Assembly (NCBI RefSeq): GCF_009914755.1
Contig: NC_060932.1
Source: the human T2T-CHM13v2.0 reference genome, Homo sapiens
Direction: 5' to 3' (one strand)
DNA length: 64,000 nt
In this document: piece after piece, positions 42,679 through 64,000 of the stretch
How the letters are laid out: each line of letters begins with the position of its first letter
Numbering within the stretch: position 1 is the first letter of the stretch
Program-made: the position numbers and the translations under genes
Notes under the pieces: model-generated
Databases searched by the model: none
What the model was told of the DNA's origin: nothing
Seen by the model: the letters and a program-made list of their open reading frames with translations, nothing else

Positions 42679-43664
42679 GTGTTATTTCTGTTAGACATGT
42701 GTCAGCACCCTATGCTGTTACTGTGACTTGCTATTTTTTTAAATCTCCCTTGTAACTGTAGGATAACTCTCTGTATAACTCTAGTGAATCCCCAGTAAGT
42801 GCAAATTAAAATGGTGACCTGTATCTTTAAAGAAAATTAAATCTTTATACATGCTCATGACATCTTGTGTTTTTCATAAACCATTAAGTATATCAGAAGG
42901 TTAGTCACATATTTGATGGCTTATGTATTAAATCTCTCAATCAGTAACCAGCAGAACAGGTTCTAGTCCTCACTCTGCCACTAACTAGCTGTTTCACCAG
43001 GAGTAAGTCACTCTGCTTGTTTGGATCTTCGTGTGTGAAGTGGGGAGTGTTAGGCAATAGAGCACTGCTGTGCCTTTCAGTGCCAACTTTCTCCAACTCA
43101 TTATGCATAAGCTACATCAGTATGTAGGTTTTATTTCTGTTCTGGAAACTACAGCCTTTATCTCTGTATTTATACCAATCGCTTAGGTTACAAGTTAATC
43201 AGAGCCACCACTGAATGAACGTGGTCTATACATTTGCCTAGTAGTCAGTTTATGCTTTTATTTACCTTTTGCCTGGAGCCCAGCTCATATGTGACGACAG
43301 AAAAAATTATGGCTGTTAGATGGAGGCTTCTCTGTGAGGAATAAGGAAAAGCAAAGGAAGAGATGAGGCCAGAAAGCAACTCGTGGCATTCACAAGGCAT
43401 TCGATGTTGCGCATCAGGACAGAGGCTTGCCAATAGACACTGGACGGGTTAAAAGAAAGTCCTAAAATGACATGTGTTTTCCTGTGTAGGGAGGTGTTTA
43501 CGCATGCATGTATAAGCAGGCACTTTCAAGAGCATATGTGCATGTCCAACTATTTTTCAAAGATATCTGTAATCCAGAAAATGTTTGGAGCCACTGACAT
43601 AATGGAATATACCATTGTTTTTCTTTCAGTCAATGAATTAACAGTCACAAATATGCTCTTTGGA

Positions 43665-48932
<5,268 letters not shown>

Positions 48933-48936
48933 GCTT

Positions 48937-49141
48937 CTTTTCTATCTGCTGGCTGAGCCTGGGGTTTTTATGGGCACAGGATTGGGGGCAGGGCCGGCCA
49001 AGGATGGTTGTGGAAAAGGTAACATTTGAGCAGGAAACCAGGGATGTAAGTTCTCACTTTGTGCTGCAGTTTCAGGCTCGAGGGTGGGACCCTCATCGGG
49101 GACCTGCCCTCCCAGAATTTCTCTCCCTCTTGTCCCTATCA
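48937..49141 (-). mobile_element. Partial LTR1/LTR27-like LTR (5' part)
   Basis: Reverse complement resembles the start of the LTR at 12700 and ends in tca. Confidence 0.7.
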
Positions 49142-50090
49142 TTTAGAGAACTCCTATAAGCAACAACAATATAAAACAACCTGATTCAAAAATGAGCAAT
49201 GGATTTGAACAGTTATTTCTGCAGATGATATACAAACTGTCAACAAGCACATGAAAAGATGCTAAGCATCACTAATCATCAGGGAAATGCAAATCAAAAC
49301 CACAAAAAGATAAAACTACAAAAAGATAAAAAAAGATAGATGGCTATTATCAAAAACAGAAAATAACAAATATTCATAAAGACATAGAGAAAGTGGGACC
49401 CTGTGCGGTGTTGGTGGGGATAGAGAATGGTGAAGTCACTGTGGAAAACAGTATTGCAGTTCCTAAAACATAGATATTTTTATATAATTACCATAGGATT
49501 CAGCAATTCCACTTCTGTGTATAAATAAAAAAGACTTGAAAGCAGGATTTTTGAAGTGATACTATTACACCTATGTTTATAACAGCACTATTCACAATAA
49601 CCAAGAGGTGAAAACAACCAAAGTGTCTGTAGATGAGTGAATGGATAAGCAAAATGTGGTACATAGATAAAATGAAAGGAAATTCTGATATGGATAAACT
49701 TTGAAGATCTGACATGGATAAAGCAAGCAATGACTCCTGGCAGCCTTCAAGATGTGGTGCATAATGAAGACATTATGGTAAGTGAAAATATGCCAGGCAC
49801 AAAAGGACAAATATTGTATAATTCCACTTCTATAAGGTACCTAGAGCAGTCAAGTTTATAGAGGCAGACGATAGAATAGTAGTTTCCAGGGGCTGGGGGG
49901 CTGGGAAGAATGGCAGGAGTTGTTTTTCAATGGGTACGAGTTTCATTTGGGGAAGATGAAAAAGTTCTGGAGATGGAAAGTGATGATGGTTGCTTAACAA
50001 TGTGAATGTTCTTAGTGTCACTGAACCGTAGACTAAAAATAGTTAAAATGGTAAACTGTATGTTATGTATAATTTACCACAATAAAAAAG
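49142..50090 (+). mobile_element. L1MB 3' end
   Basis: agggaaatgcaaatcaaaaccac ... atgttatgtataatttaccacaataaaaaa. Confidence 0.8.
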
Positions 50091-50389
50091 TGTATATGAG
50101 ATACAGTCAAGGGAACCTAGTTTTCTCCAGGGGAAAAAGGAGGTGTAGAAGGGTGGAGGGGTGTACATGTGACTGTTGAAACATTAAAAGTACTCTTTAA
50201 GTAAGAGAGAGAGTAACCAGCTGTACCACTTATCAGTTATCTGACTTTTTGCAAGTAGGTAAACTTCTCCATGCTTTAGTTTCTTAAACAATACAAATAA
50301 AAAGGGTCATATTTTTCCATCATTGTTACTCTTGTCTTTTCCCCCTTATTCCCTCAAATGATTGCACAGTTAGTGGTTTGGGAGCATGG

Positions 50390-50766
50390 TGATAGGGTTT
50401 GGCTGTGTCCCCACCCAAATCGCAACTTAAATTTTAGTTTGCATAATCCCCACGTGTTGTGGGAGGAGAGCCAGTGGGAGGTAATTTAGTCATGGGTGGG
50501 TTACCTTGATGCTGTTCTCATGATAGTGAGTGAGTTCTCATGAGATCTGATGGCTTTATAAGGGGCTTTTACCCCTTTTGCTCGGCACTTCCCCTTGCTG
50601 CCACCATGCGAAGAAGGACATGTTTGCTTCCCCTTCTGCCATGATTGTAAGTTTCCTGAGGCCACTCTAGTCATGCTGAACTGTGAGTCCGTTAAACCTC
50701 CCTCCTTTATAAATTACCCAGGCTTGGGCGTGTCTTTATTTGCAGCATGAGAACGGACTAATACAG
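50390..50766 (+). mobile_element. THE1-type solo LTR
   Basis: tgatagggtttggctgtgtcccc ... ggactaataca; TSD (c/g)atgg. Confidence 0.88.
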
Positions 50767-51094
50767 ATGGTTAACACTACACTTCCCTAAAGCAGGAACC
50801 CTCCTCTTATACCTGTCTATTTCCATTCATTCCACAATAGAATGAATAAACAAATTCATCCTGTAGACTGTTTTGTTTCTATCTCATGCTGTCCATCTAC
50901 CCAGTCCATGAGCACACACACACACAGAAACACACACACACATACACACAAACATGCAAATTTTGTAAATCTGCTTTCCTCCTACTCTAAGAATCACCAG
51001 ATCTATTTTATTGACTCTCTTTCATGGCCAATTTTCTTCCTAGCATTTATATCTTTTTTGGCAGCTCCCTGAAGGAGAAGGAAGTATGCATTTT

Positions 51095-51107
51095 GTTGCT
51101 AGGCAAC
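51095..51107. promoter_or_regulatory. Candidate RFX X-box
   Basis: Near-palindromic GTTGCTAGGCAAC in non-repeat sequence; motif match only. Confidence 0.35.
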
Positions 51108-51678
51108 GAGTATCTCCAGAATGCACATTCCTTTTTTTAGATGGAAAAGGGAGTGTTTAATTTTTGTAAATGGGGTTTAATTTCAGTTCTTGAAAGGTCA
51201 CTCGAATAATTCAGAGTTATGAAGAGTTGCTCAGCACAAATTGTAAGCCTAGTCTTTCCCTTAGTCCCCGGACATAGGACAAGGAACTTTCAGCCAAGTT
51301 GTCCCTGGTCGAGGTCTCCCAATGTACTGTGAGATATTTCTGTTTACAAATGCCAACAGGCCCAACTGAAGAAGGACATGTTTGCTTCCCCTTCTGCCGT
51401 GATTGTAAGTTTCCTGAGGCCACTCTAGTCATGCTGAACTGTGAGTCCACTAAACCTCTTTCCTTTATAAATTACCCAGGCTTGGGCAAAATGGCAGACT
51501 TTACCTAGCCTGAGAGACAGGAGTAAATAGTTAAAAAGAGGTAATTTAGGTAGATATGCATAAGAGAAAATTCATGGCAATAAAAACAATATAAATATGT
51601 ATCTTTTATAGGGGGAGAGAGTTTTGGGGTGACTGCAGGTAGGAAAATGTTGTTTCAAGATAAGAATGGAGCAGTGAG

Positions 51679-52628
<950 letters not shown>

Positions 52629-53335
52629 TATGTCATTCTTAAACAGATATGATCTTACATGCCATCCTCCAAGATGTCCTCCAGTTCCCAATTATTATTT
52701 TTCCCTCTGTAGTCTACATGTCTTGTTCCTTTATGTTTGACTCACGATAACTGACAGAAAAGTGAATTAGTTAAAAGGTGAGACTGCCCAAATAGTTTAT
52801 AAATAACTAAATAACAAGGTTTGATTCATTTCTATGTGCCCCTCATGTTTAACGTATAAGTGCATACTCACTGGTTACATAAATGAGCCACAAACTAGCA
52901 AGTATATCAACAGAGACTCGCAGTATTCTTAAAGTACAGCACACTCTCTTTCTCTCATACGAAAGTTCAGAGTCATCATTCAAAAACATATGGCAAGATC
53001 TTCAAGAATCTCCTAAAAGAGAAAACATATCCAACAGTTTTCTTGTTTAATGTATCTCCTAATCCTTTGAAAATCAGTAACCTCTATGGAGTTAAAAAAG
53101 CAAATAACCAGTCAATAAAAACGTTAAATTAACCAGAGCACCTGAAAATAAAGCTGTACTGAGCCACGGGTGAAGGAAAAGGAGTACTAGATGTATGATA
53201 AGCACAATGACAAGAAGCTTCATTTTTGCCCTTGCCCATCCAGTGCTAGATGCTATGATGCCTTCCTCAGATAGGCAAAAAATCCACTTTCTAAAATAGA
53301 ACATACTCACTCTGGTTCTTTAAATAGTAAAGGGT

Positions 53336-53352
53336 AGCTGCCATCTAGTGAC
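53336..53352 (-). promoter_or_regulatory. Candidate CTCF site
   Basis: Minus strand reads gtCACTAGATGGCAGCT, close to the CTCF core CCACYAGRKGGCRS; motif match only. Confidence 0.4.
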
Positions 53353-54007
53353 TTGTTGCTTAGTAATACTGCTGTACACCTTCTCTCCTCTCTGAGGCAG
53401 GGAACCCTTCCCATTCTCTGTTGGAATTGCAACCTTTTCATTTTTCTGGAAAACCATTTCTCTAGCCTTCTGTTTTTAAAGCTATTACCAGATCAAGTGG
53501 AGTGATTAATGAATTCTGAGTTTTCAAGCCCAGGCAAATGAAAGGGCAAAGTGAGAGCTCACAGATGCAGAGAGGCTTCCATGTATAAACCAGAAACCAC
53601 CTAGTGGCACAGAGGAGGTGAGAGAAACTTTTTGTTTTTTTTTTTTGTTGTTCAAAGCAACCAGTGACTACTGGTAGCCTTCAAGATCTGGTACAAAAGA
53701 GAAGAAAAACCAACGAAAAATATTCAGGAAGACAGTAATGCAGTTTCAGCCTTTTTTTTCTGTTGTTATGTTTTAAGTTTTTCTTTCTTTTCTTTTTAGT
53801 TGAAGTACAATTACTACACATAACTGCTAAAAGTTAGGGAAAAATCTTTTGAGGGATAATTGACCATAGTTCTTTCTTGATAACCTTTAAAAGCTTGCAG
53901 ATTGGTAATACTAAAGGCTTTCAAATGAAAGCCAGGAACAAGCTAAATACATCCACTGTGTGACTGCAGAAACACTCCACAAGTGATGGGAAATCAATTA
54001 CTCTGTG

Positions 54008-54366
54008 CAGGAATACCTCGGCGATATTTCAGGTTCGGTTCTAGAACACTGCAATAAAGTGAATACTGCAATAAAGCAAATCAGACAATTTTTTTTTGTT
54101 TTCCCAGTGCATATACATTTATGTTTACAGTGTATGGTAGTCTATGAAGTGTCCAAGAGCACTATATCTAAAAAAATACATACCTTAATTTAAAAATACC
54201 TTATTGCTAAAAAAAATCCTGAAACAGAGACACAGAATGAGCATGCGCTATTGGAAAAATGGTGCTGATAGACTTGCTCATCATAGGGTTGCCACGTACC
54301 TTCAATTTGTAAAAAAATGCAGTATCTGTGAAGTGCAATAAAGTGCAGTAAAACAAGGTATGCCTG
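54008..54366 (-). mobile_element. Internally deleted Tigger1
   Basis: TIRs caggaatacctcg ... aaggtatgcctg. Confidence 0.78.
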
Positions 54367-54789
54367 TACTCACAGAGAAGGATATTCTAATTAACTGCAA
54401 GCCCACCTGAGGATATGAAAACCCCAGAGCATAAAATATTGCGTAGGTTTTAGCATGTCACAACTTGCCCATTCCAATGTCTTCCTTTGACTAACATTCA
54501 GAAGTAAGAAAGGTGATTTTTTTCCACTCTTGTATTCTTGGGTGGTGAAGGAGGCAGCGTGGTGCAGCAGAGGGGGATGTGAGGCAGGGTCTTGCCTCCA
54601 GTCTGCTGAATGAGCTGGGATAAGACACTTATATTTTCTCGGTCCAGGTTTTCTCATCAGTCAGACTAACCAAAAAATTTTTCTTCTGGTTTAAATTTCT
54701 TATTCTGAGGTTGGTCTTATCAGCTGTGAATTCTGAGAAAGCCACAACCTTTCTTATCCTCTGCCTCCACCAGTGCAAAAAAGGACAGG

Positions 54790-56890
54790 GTATAAACCAA
54801 AAATACAATCCTGTGTCACCCAGCTGCCTGAACAGACCCCTTCCTGGCCAAGGGAACACCAGAAAAACCTGAAAATGGAATTCCTAGCCATGATGGGAAG
54901 GGAGGTCAGATATGCCTTGTCATACCCCCTCGTTTTTGGAGTTTAGGCATGAGTGACCAGCATTAAAGTTAACATAAAGATCCTAATGTCACCGGAAAGG
55001 GCTCCCAATCCTGTCCCCGAGAGATGGTTCTTGGATCTTGCACAAGAAAGAATTTAAGGTGAATCCATATGGTAAAGTGAAAGCAAGTTCATTAGGAAAG
55101 TAAAGGAATAAAAGAATGGCTACTCCATAGACAGAGCCGCCCTGAGGGCTGCTGGTTGCTCATTTTTGTGGTTATTTGTTGATTACATGCTAAACAAGGG
55201 GTGGATTATTCATGCCTCCCCTTTTAGACCATATAGGGTAATTTCCTGATGTTGCCATGGCATTTGTAAACTGTCATGGCGCTGGTGGGAGTGTAGCAGT
55301 AGGGACGACTAGAAGTCACTCTCATCACCATCTTGGTTTTGATGGGCTTTGGCCAGCTTCTTTCCTGCAACCTATTTTATTAGCAAGGTCTTTATGACCT
55401 GTATCTTGTGCTGACCTCCTATCTCATCCTGGGACTTAGAACACCTTAACCATCTGGGAATGTAGCTCAATAGGTCTCAGTCTCATTTTACCCAGCTCCT
55501 ATTCAAGATGGAGTTGCTCTGGTTTAAACGCCTCTGACAATAAGACTCACAAAACAGAATCTGTGTGGCAAATGGATACCAAATTAAAAACAAGGCCTAA
55601 GGCCATGCAAAGCCAAAGTCAAGTCATACCCTACTAACCGTAAAATCTTGTTAAATGGCTTTTTATTATCGTGATATAATATGGCTTACTTTCCAACCTG
55701 ACTCTGGTATAACATCACATGACAGATAGCGAACTCTGAAGGAAATAAAAATATTTTACCCCAAAATGTATTTCTTTGATATATTTTGAAATGACCCTGC
55801 AAAGTTCTCTTTTATGGGGGAAATCTGCATCTGTACAGAAGGGCCATTAATGCAGCCAGGCCTTCCCTTTCTAGGTCATTCCATGATCTAGGATCTAGGA
55901 GAGATTAGCTTAGAACCCGACACATTTAAAGGCTTGAAAAGAGATATTTATAGTCTATTCTCTCTAACGACTACCACCTAAGAGTCTTCCTCCACATAAC
56001 AAGGGCCTTGCCCCCCACAACCACCTTATCTTAACCCAATTATTCCTTTCTACTAACTTCAAGTCTTTAGACAATAGCCTAACTTTCTCAACAGGCTGTC
56101 AACTCAAGAATCCCTAAAATCCACCTGTAAGATACAATGAATCAGTTTCTCTTCAAAGGTTTAGCCTGTTAACTTCCTTGTCCTTTGTTCTCGAACTCAA
56201 CTTTCTTGTTCTACATGCCTCCTTGCCCCTAGTTACTGTAAACAGCCTACCTGCTTCCCATCAGCTCTAATCAATAACTCACATCTGTTGCCTTGATTAC
56301 CTGCACCCATTGTTCCCCCGAAACTTCACCACTGTACCTCATGTCCCCCTTCCCTTCCATATTTAGAAAAATATTTGCAAGTAGTCAATCGGCTCAGCTC
56401 AAATTGTGCAGTCCGACCCCAGTCCATGGGGGAATGACACAGAGGTAAGGACTACACGTTAGAGATAAACACACCCTGCTCTCCTTTGTTCAGTGTGCTC
56501 TTGCGATCTTGATTGACATGAGTGGCACCTTTCTGCAGAAAAAAACTACCTTGCTGAGAAAACTTTTGCCTGAGTGCTGGTTTCACTTTGCGGCACCAAG
56601 CATTTATCCCTAGAACATTTTTATATTCAACACACCTATGACTTTTAAGACCCCTGGTTTGAGATGTTCTGCCATTTCAGGCTGAACCAATGTATCCCTT
56701 CTATGTACTGGTTTATGTCATTGCCTGCAACTCCCGTCTCCCAAAATGTATAGAACCAAACTGTAACCCCACCTCTTCGGGACCACTTACTCAAGGATTC
56801 TTGGGTTTGTGTTTTCCCTGGGCTGCAGTCATGCATTGGCTCAGAATAAACCTCTTTAAAATATTTTTACAGAGTTTGATTTTTCCACTA
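54790..56890 (+). mobile_element. MER4-group LTR with nested MER41A (54987-55539, minus) and LTR10-like LTR (56127-56631, TSD cacc)
   Basis: MER4-type start tataaaccaaaaata...; MER41 terminus in reverse (...gttgctctggtttaaacgcctctgaca); MER4 end tcagaataaacctctttaaaatattttt. Confidence 0.75.
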
Positions 56891-58114
56891 ATGAGGGGAA
56901 CTGGACACCATGATTCTAAACTCTTTCTAGTTCTATATTTCAGTGATTTCTTGTCCCTTCACTAAAGAGATAACAGAATGAAAAGGACTCATATTTGAAT
57001 GAACAATGCCACATAAATCAGAAGGAGGCTGTGGGAAAAAGAAGGATAACATGTGCTACCTGAGATCATCGACACTGGAAAACTAAGCTTGAAGTGTATT
57101 CAAAAGGGAATTCTTCATCAGCAAAACAAATCAAGGCACAATATCACTGCTTTCTCTAAATCCTTTTGTCAGACGTTATTTACAAAACAGAGAAAGGCAA
57201 ATAGAACAAGGATAACTTTCACCCAGTGTAAACAAGTGTAGAGAAATCTGGGTAATGGAAAGCTGATACTCACAATGTCATTTCATGGGTAAGTGTTTAA
57301 TACCCAGCTCTCCAGTGCAGATTTCCTAGATATGTACCTGCAACCAACTAAGCATAACACTAGATGTCAGTAGATATAGTTGAAAAAAACGAAGCCTCAT
57401 CCAGCAGTTTGAAAATCAGAGGAAATAATCTGCATTTACAGAACAGCTTATTCCAACAATCTTGTTGGACCAATTATTCTGTTTCCCAGCAGCCATCCAT
57501 CTTTTTTAACTCAAGTGTTATATGACGTTGGAAATCATGGTTTTTACAGATGTTTGAGTTATGCCTTATGAAGTTATCTTGATGGTTTCCAGATGATAAT
57601 AAGTTTATAAAGCATTTTAGTACTGGGTTGATGGGTCCTGAAGACGTCACATTTTCTTGTGAATGTTGTCTTGCTTATCTTTCTCCTTTGAATACTTGTA
57701 TTTATCCATTTACAAGTACATAAGTATTTCTGTAAACATATGTAAACAACACAGTGGTTCTGGCTGCTTGATATAGTGGGGAGAGCACCAGACTAAGAGT
57801 ATTCAATGTTATTCACATCATATTACTCCTTCATTTGGGTTCTTACTTTTTAGAAACGTTAAATTAGGGAGTGAGATCATAGTACCCTTAACTAAAGTCT
57901 CTTTTAACTCTTATTTCCTAATTTTGTATTTCTTCTAAGAACAATTTTAAACCACCTTAGACAAAGAAGACAACACCCCAGTGCTACAGACATCAGAAAT
58001 ATTTTATCTTAGTTATCTAATTATCTTTTCTTCTGATAGCCTCTTGGAGAGGGAGAGAAGTTAAAACTAAACTGCCAGGGGAGAGGATCAGATCCTTATT
58101 AGTAGTTCTAATTT

Positions 58115-59250
<1,136 letters not shown>

Positions 59251-59441
59251 ATTTTATGACTATGACCCTTGCTTACTTGTTACCAGAACCAAACTCAACA
59301 ATTAGATGAGATACCCTCACGTAACACTAGGGGGAATATGCTTATGTGGTGTCTGTGGCCACGCTGTAAGTGCCACTTACCCAGGAGTCATTTGGAGAAT
59401 CAGATAACGATGAGGAACCACATGTAAAGGTTCTTCAATAC

Positions 59442-60444
59442 TGTAACCAGCAGCTTAGCAGCTAAGCCTCAAACTGCATTTTAAACTATTTTTTCTTCTT
59501 TCCTTTTTCCTCTTCCTCCTCCCGGTCTCAAGATATAACTTTGAGACAAACTGCATGTATGTTACCGCTCATCTTAAAGTACAGCCTCAGAATGGGCTGT
59601 GAACCTCTACTCCCTTTCCTTTCTCATGCTATACTCCCTTGCCTTATGCACATTTATTCACCTACGTGCTTGCTAAGCACATACCATGCCCTCTCTCTCT
59701 CTCTCTCTCTCTTTTTTTTTTTTTTTGAGATGGAGTCTCGCTCTGTTGTCCAGGCACAATCTCAGCTCACTGCAACCTCCGCCACCCAGGTTCAAGCGAT
59801 TTTTCTGCCTCAGTCTCCTGACTAGCTGGGATTACAGGTGCACAACACCACACCCAGATAAATTTTTATATTTTTAGTAGAGATGGGGTTTCACCATGTT
59901 AACCATGCTGGTCTCAAACTCCTGATCTTAAGTGATCCGTCTGCCTTGGCCTCCAAAAGTGTTGGGATTACAGGCGTGAGCCACCACGCCCGGCCCGGCC
60001 CATGTTCTCTTACCTGCTCATATATTTCCTTAGAAGCTCAGCAGTCAGATTCGGATAGGGATCAGTCGCCTCTGGAATTCTTTCTTCAACAAAAGATTAC
60101 TTTGAGGATGGAACCCACACCTGGCTGAAGAGTGACTAATTTATAACCTGGCAGAATCCATGATGGTGCCAGCCCCTTCATCAATTGCGACAATAATTTA
60201 AGAGGACCACAGAGCAAGTCATGCCACCTGGCACCCTCTGCCCACTTTCCTTCTTCTGCATTTCAAACCCTGTCTTTAAAAACTCATGTTCCCTCCACAA
60301 ATTGGAGAGTGGAACTTTTTTCTGCTCTTCCCCTGCTAGCATGAATAATAAAATCTTTCTTGCTCTTACTACAACTCATTGTTATTTCTGACTTCTCTCT
60401 GCAAACAGTAGACAGCTGGACCCTTTTTCCGGTTACTTACAACA
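59442..60444 (+). mobile_element. ERV1 (MER4-group-like) LTR with Alu (59712-59998, minus)
   Basis: tgtaaccagcagcttagc...aactgcattttaaac; AATAAA at ~60347; ends near ccggttac...aca. Confidence 0.55.
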
Positions 60445-60738
60445 CAACCTCTACAAAAAAAGAGCAACAGTTTAAAGTAATAGTCCTTTTTCTCATCAGG
60501 GAACAAACAAAACACTTGAGAGTAACAAATGCTTTTTCTGGTAACAGTACCTAACGGTGGGTTGTTTGAATTTTTGGCAAGAAAAAAGAGAAGAACACTG
60601 AGATAAACAGCACTCGAATTCTTTTGTTTAGCCATCAAGAAGTAATTACCTTTCAGTTTTCCCGATACCGGCTAGAAAAATTTATCATAGTGTTTAAACT
60701 ATCCACAGAAACAGACCCAAGGGGAACCTAGACCCTAG

Positions 60739-61317
<579 letters not shown>

Positions 61318-64000
61318 TGGGGCGTCATTTTCTCTGTGGCATCTAGCAGATTGACGACCTTGAGAAATGGAAACTGTGAGAGACAAAGGAGTGTATGGGA
61401 GAAATTGTGGGCTGTAGCCTCATAGACAGAAATCTCTTCTGCAATATTCCTAGCTACTTCAGACTCTCTGGTTTGCAGACCCTCCAACATCCCTAACAAC
61501 TTTACATAGTGATCACATGTACTGCTTAAGACATGTTTGGAAGAACTAAGCGTCAATTACCTGTCTGAACGGCTAGGATGCCAGGCTGCTGTGTGCAGAC
61601 ATCAGGTCCCTGAAAGAGGAAGATGAGCGGAGAGGTGGATTTTACCCTGGGCTTATTTTCTCTGCACCTGCCAGACTTCTTAGTTGCAACCACCTATATT
61701 AACTCTGCTTATTTAAACAGATAAGTAATTTATTATAAGGAGATCCAAAAATTTTAAAATTGATAGGGAGGTTTGGCAACAAGGCAACCATACAAAGAGA
61801 CAAAATTTACTAAAAGTCATACCACAGAAAGAGCTTGATAGGGTCACTGGACACTCAGAACTGCTGCTGCTGGGCTGTGCCCCTCCCCACACTTTCAGCC
61901 ACATTGTAGAACCCTAGATCCATCACAGTCACCACAAGAAGACACCCCTATTCTTTGTGTTACTCTTCAAGACTCAAAGTCCATAATGTAGCATCAGATT
62001 GGCTGAGTCTAGGTCTCATGTCCACCTTCCTAGCTGCCACATGATCGTCAAGACAGAACAGCTGCCCAGACTTCAGCTTCCAGTGTAGAATGTTGGACGT
62101 GCTTCTCCATCTTGAAATTCATTCCAGATAGGAATGATTGGATGCTGAGAAGTCCAAAGCAATTGTCCAATGTTTTAGCTACAATGGAACCAAGAGACTG
62201 TAGATGAAATATGCATAAGATAGGTCGTTCTTTGGTTCTGTCTTATTTCATGACATCAGACACGAAACATAGTTCTGTATTATTTCTTTCCACTACAGAT
62301 GAAGAACAGGAATTAAAAAAAATTCTCTAAAAACAAAGACCTTGAATTACCTGGGGAAGAGATGTTGGAATTTAATAGGCTTTTACATTTATCCTTACTT
62401 GTCTCCTAAAGTTTAGGATCAATATTCTAACAGCCTCATCCAAGGTTTCTTTATTCTTTTCACTTTGAAGAAACCAATTTTAACTAAGCCCACAGACTGT
62501 GAAGAGGAAAGGTGAGAAGCCAGAGGCAGCTTGTCATTCTGGGCTTAAATAAGGAAGAAACTTGAACCCAGTCACCTTGAATCTGAATGATGAACAAACT
62601 GACTAATTTTCTGGGTTGATTGAAACTCAAAGCTGAATACTCCCACTATCTAACCTGGAATTTTGCCTTCATATAGGCATACTGGGAATTCTGACAGGAG
62701 TGAGTGACAGCCCTAATCCCTGTCTCTCTGTATGTCAGTGACCTTTTGGAGGGGGCAAACTCAAATATGCTTGAGTTTGCAACCCTGTACAGCTTGAAGA
62801 GAGCTAAGGGAAATGTGGGAATTAAGGACATAAAAAGGAAAAAATGATTTCACCTAAACAGACATGTTCTCTAACTATGGTGGAGTAATACATTTTGAAA
62901 TATATCCCATTTTTTCCCCTTTTGAGTCCCTTAGAGATTCTCCACCCCCTCAATTCCCAGCAATCCTTAAACCATTGAAACTAGAGTAAGAGACTGAGGC
63001 TTTTACCCCTGGAAAATGGCAAAAAATTTTTTCCAAGAAGCGGGAAAATGTAATGATAAAATAGAATCACCTAAATATATTTGGTTGAGAGGAGGTTTTA
63101 GAACAACAAAATTGGTGCTCCATTTCTCCAGAGTGTGTCATTATGAACCAACATGGTACTAGATGAGCCACAGGTGGCTGATGGAGGTCCCCATTTGTGT
63201 GGACATTAGGGTGGCATCTTAAGGCTCAAGTGGAGTCAAATAAACAGTTGAGAGTTAAACTAATTGTGAGATGGAACTGGAAGTGCTGAAAAATGTAGTC
63301 AACTGGGAGATATACCTGGGGTCAAAATGTCAAGGCTGCAAGGTGCAGGAACCTCAGAACTGGAGGTAACCGCAAAGTACATGATCATCATCAGCAGACG
63401 CCAGCATTATGCCTAAAACACCAGGAAGGACCACCTATATTTTAAGAGATTATAGCACAGGATTCCAAAGACCAGTGGATGCTGAAATAAAGAGACTGTG
63501 CTCAAAGATCAAACGATGTCAGACTTTAGAACGGAAGTCAACAGCAGTATATATACAGACCACACACCCTTCCTGATCACCTAGGATGTTAAATGTAAGT
63601 TTGCCACTGCTTCCAAATGCCATCTTATGGAGAAAGAGGCAAAGGGAAAGAGAAGAATAGCCCAAATAAGGAGTTAATACTTCAAATGGATAGTTTGAGT
63701 CATTTTGTTGTGAAGCTGGCTAAATATTGACACAAATGATACCAATTTTAAGGCGAAGATGAATATAATAACTTGAAGAAGAAAAATCATTGCCACTGGT
63801 AATAAGAGTTGCAGGAAAAATTGAGTTCAGAAATAGGCAACTTTTTAGAAAGGTATTTCTCTGTGTCTCAGTTGAAGTATGTACATTTTACCAACTACAA
63901 AGGAAGCAGTTTGGAATAATTGGCAACCAGAAAACATATGGGACTTTCTGTAATTTGCATGGCTTTCTGTTGGCACTACTTGGAGGCACCAAGAACAATT

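Noticed and set aside
62200-64000. Possible exon or old element in unique-looking sequence
   Set aside because: No recognisable ORF, splice pattern or repeat consensus that I can support.

Overview
Primate (sequence matches what I recall of human 8p22) genomic DNA. It begins in the CpG-rich upstream end of ASAH1: a minus-strand alternative first coding exon encodes MNCCIGLGEKARGSHRASYPSLSALFTEASILGFGSFAVKAQ and ends in a GT donor. Next is a minus-strand processed pseudogene of ABRAXAS1/FAM175A whose 3'UTR carries, antisense, two exons and an intact intron of MRPS18C. The remaining ~58 kb has no credible intact gene and is dense in repeats: about 30 Alus (mostly minus strand), L1, L2, MIR, MaLR (THE1/MST/MLT1), an HERV-L pol relic, MER41A/B, LTR10-, MER4- and LTR1-like LTRs, Hsmar2 and Tigger elements. 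The most unusual signals are: (i) a ~12 kb region (30.8-42.7 kb) built on an old, degenerate ~115-120 bp tandem repeat that predates an MLT1 provirus inserted in it and shows colinear resemblance to the alpha-satellite monomer; (ii) a 41-bp minisatellite made of near-perfect heat-shock elements ~9 kb from the ASAH1 promoter; (iii) two L1 3' transductions; (iv) three short local templated duplications; (v) a MER41B LTR with both GAS/STAT1 sites intact; (vi) a microhomology-joined satellite/HERV-L/THE1 mosaic between two L1 segments. Repeat subfamily names and boundaries are from recall and reading by eye, so they are approximate.
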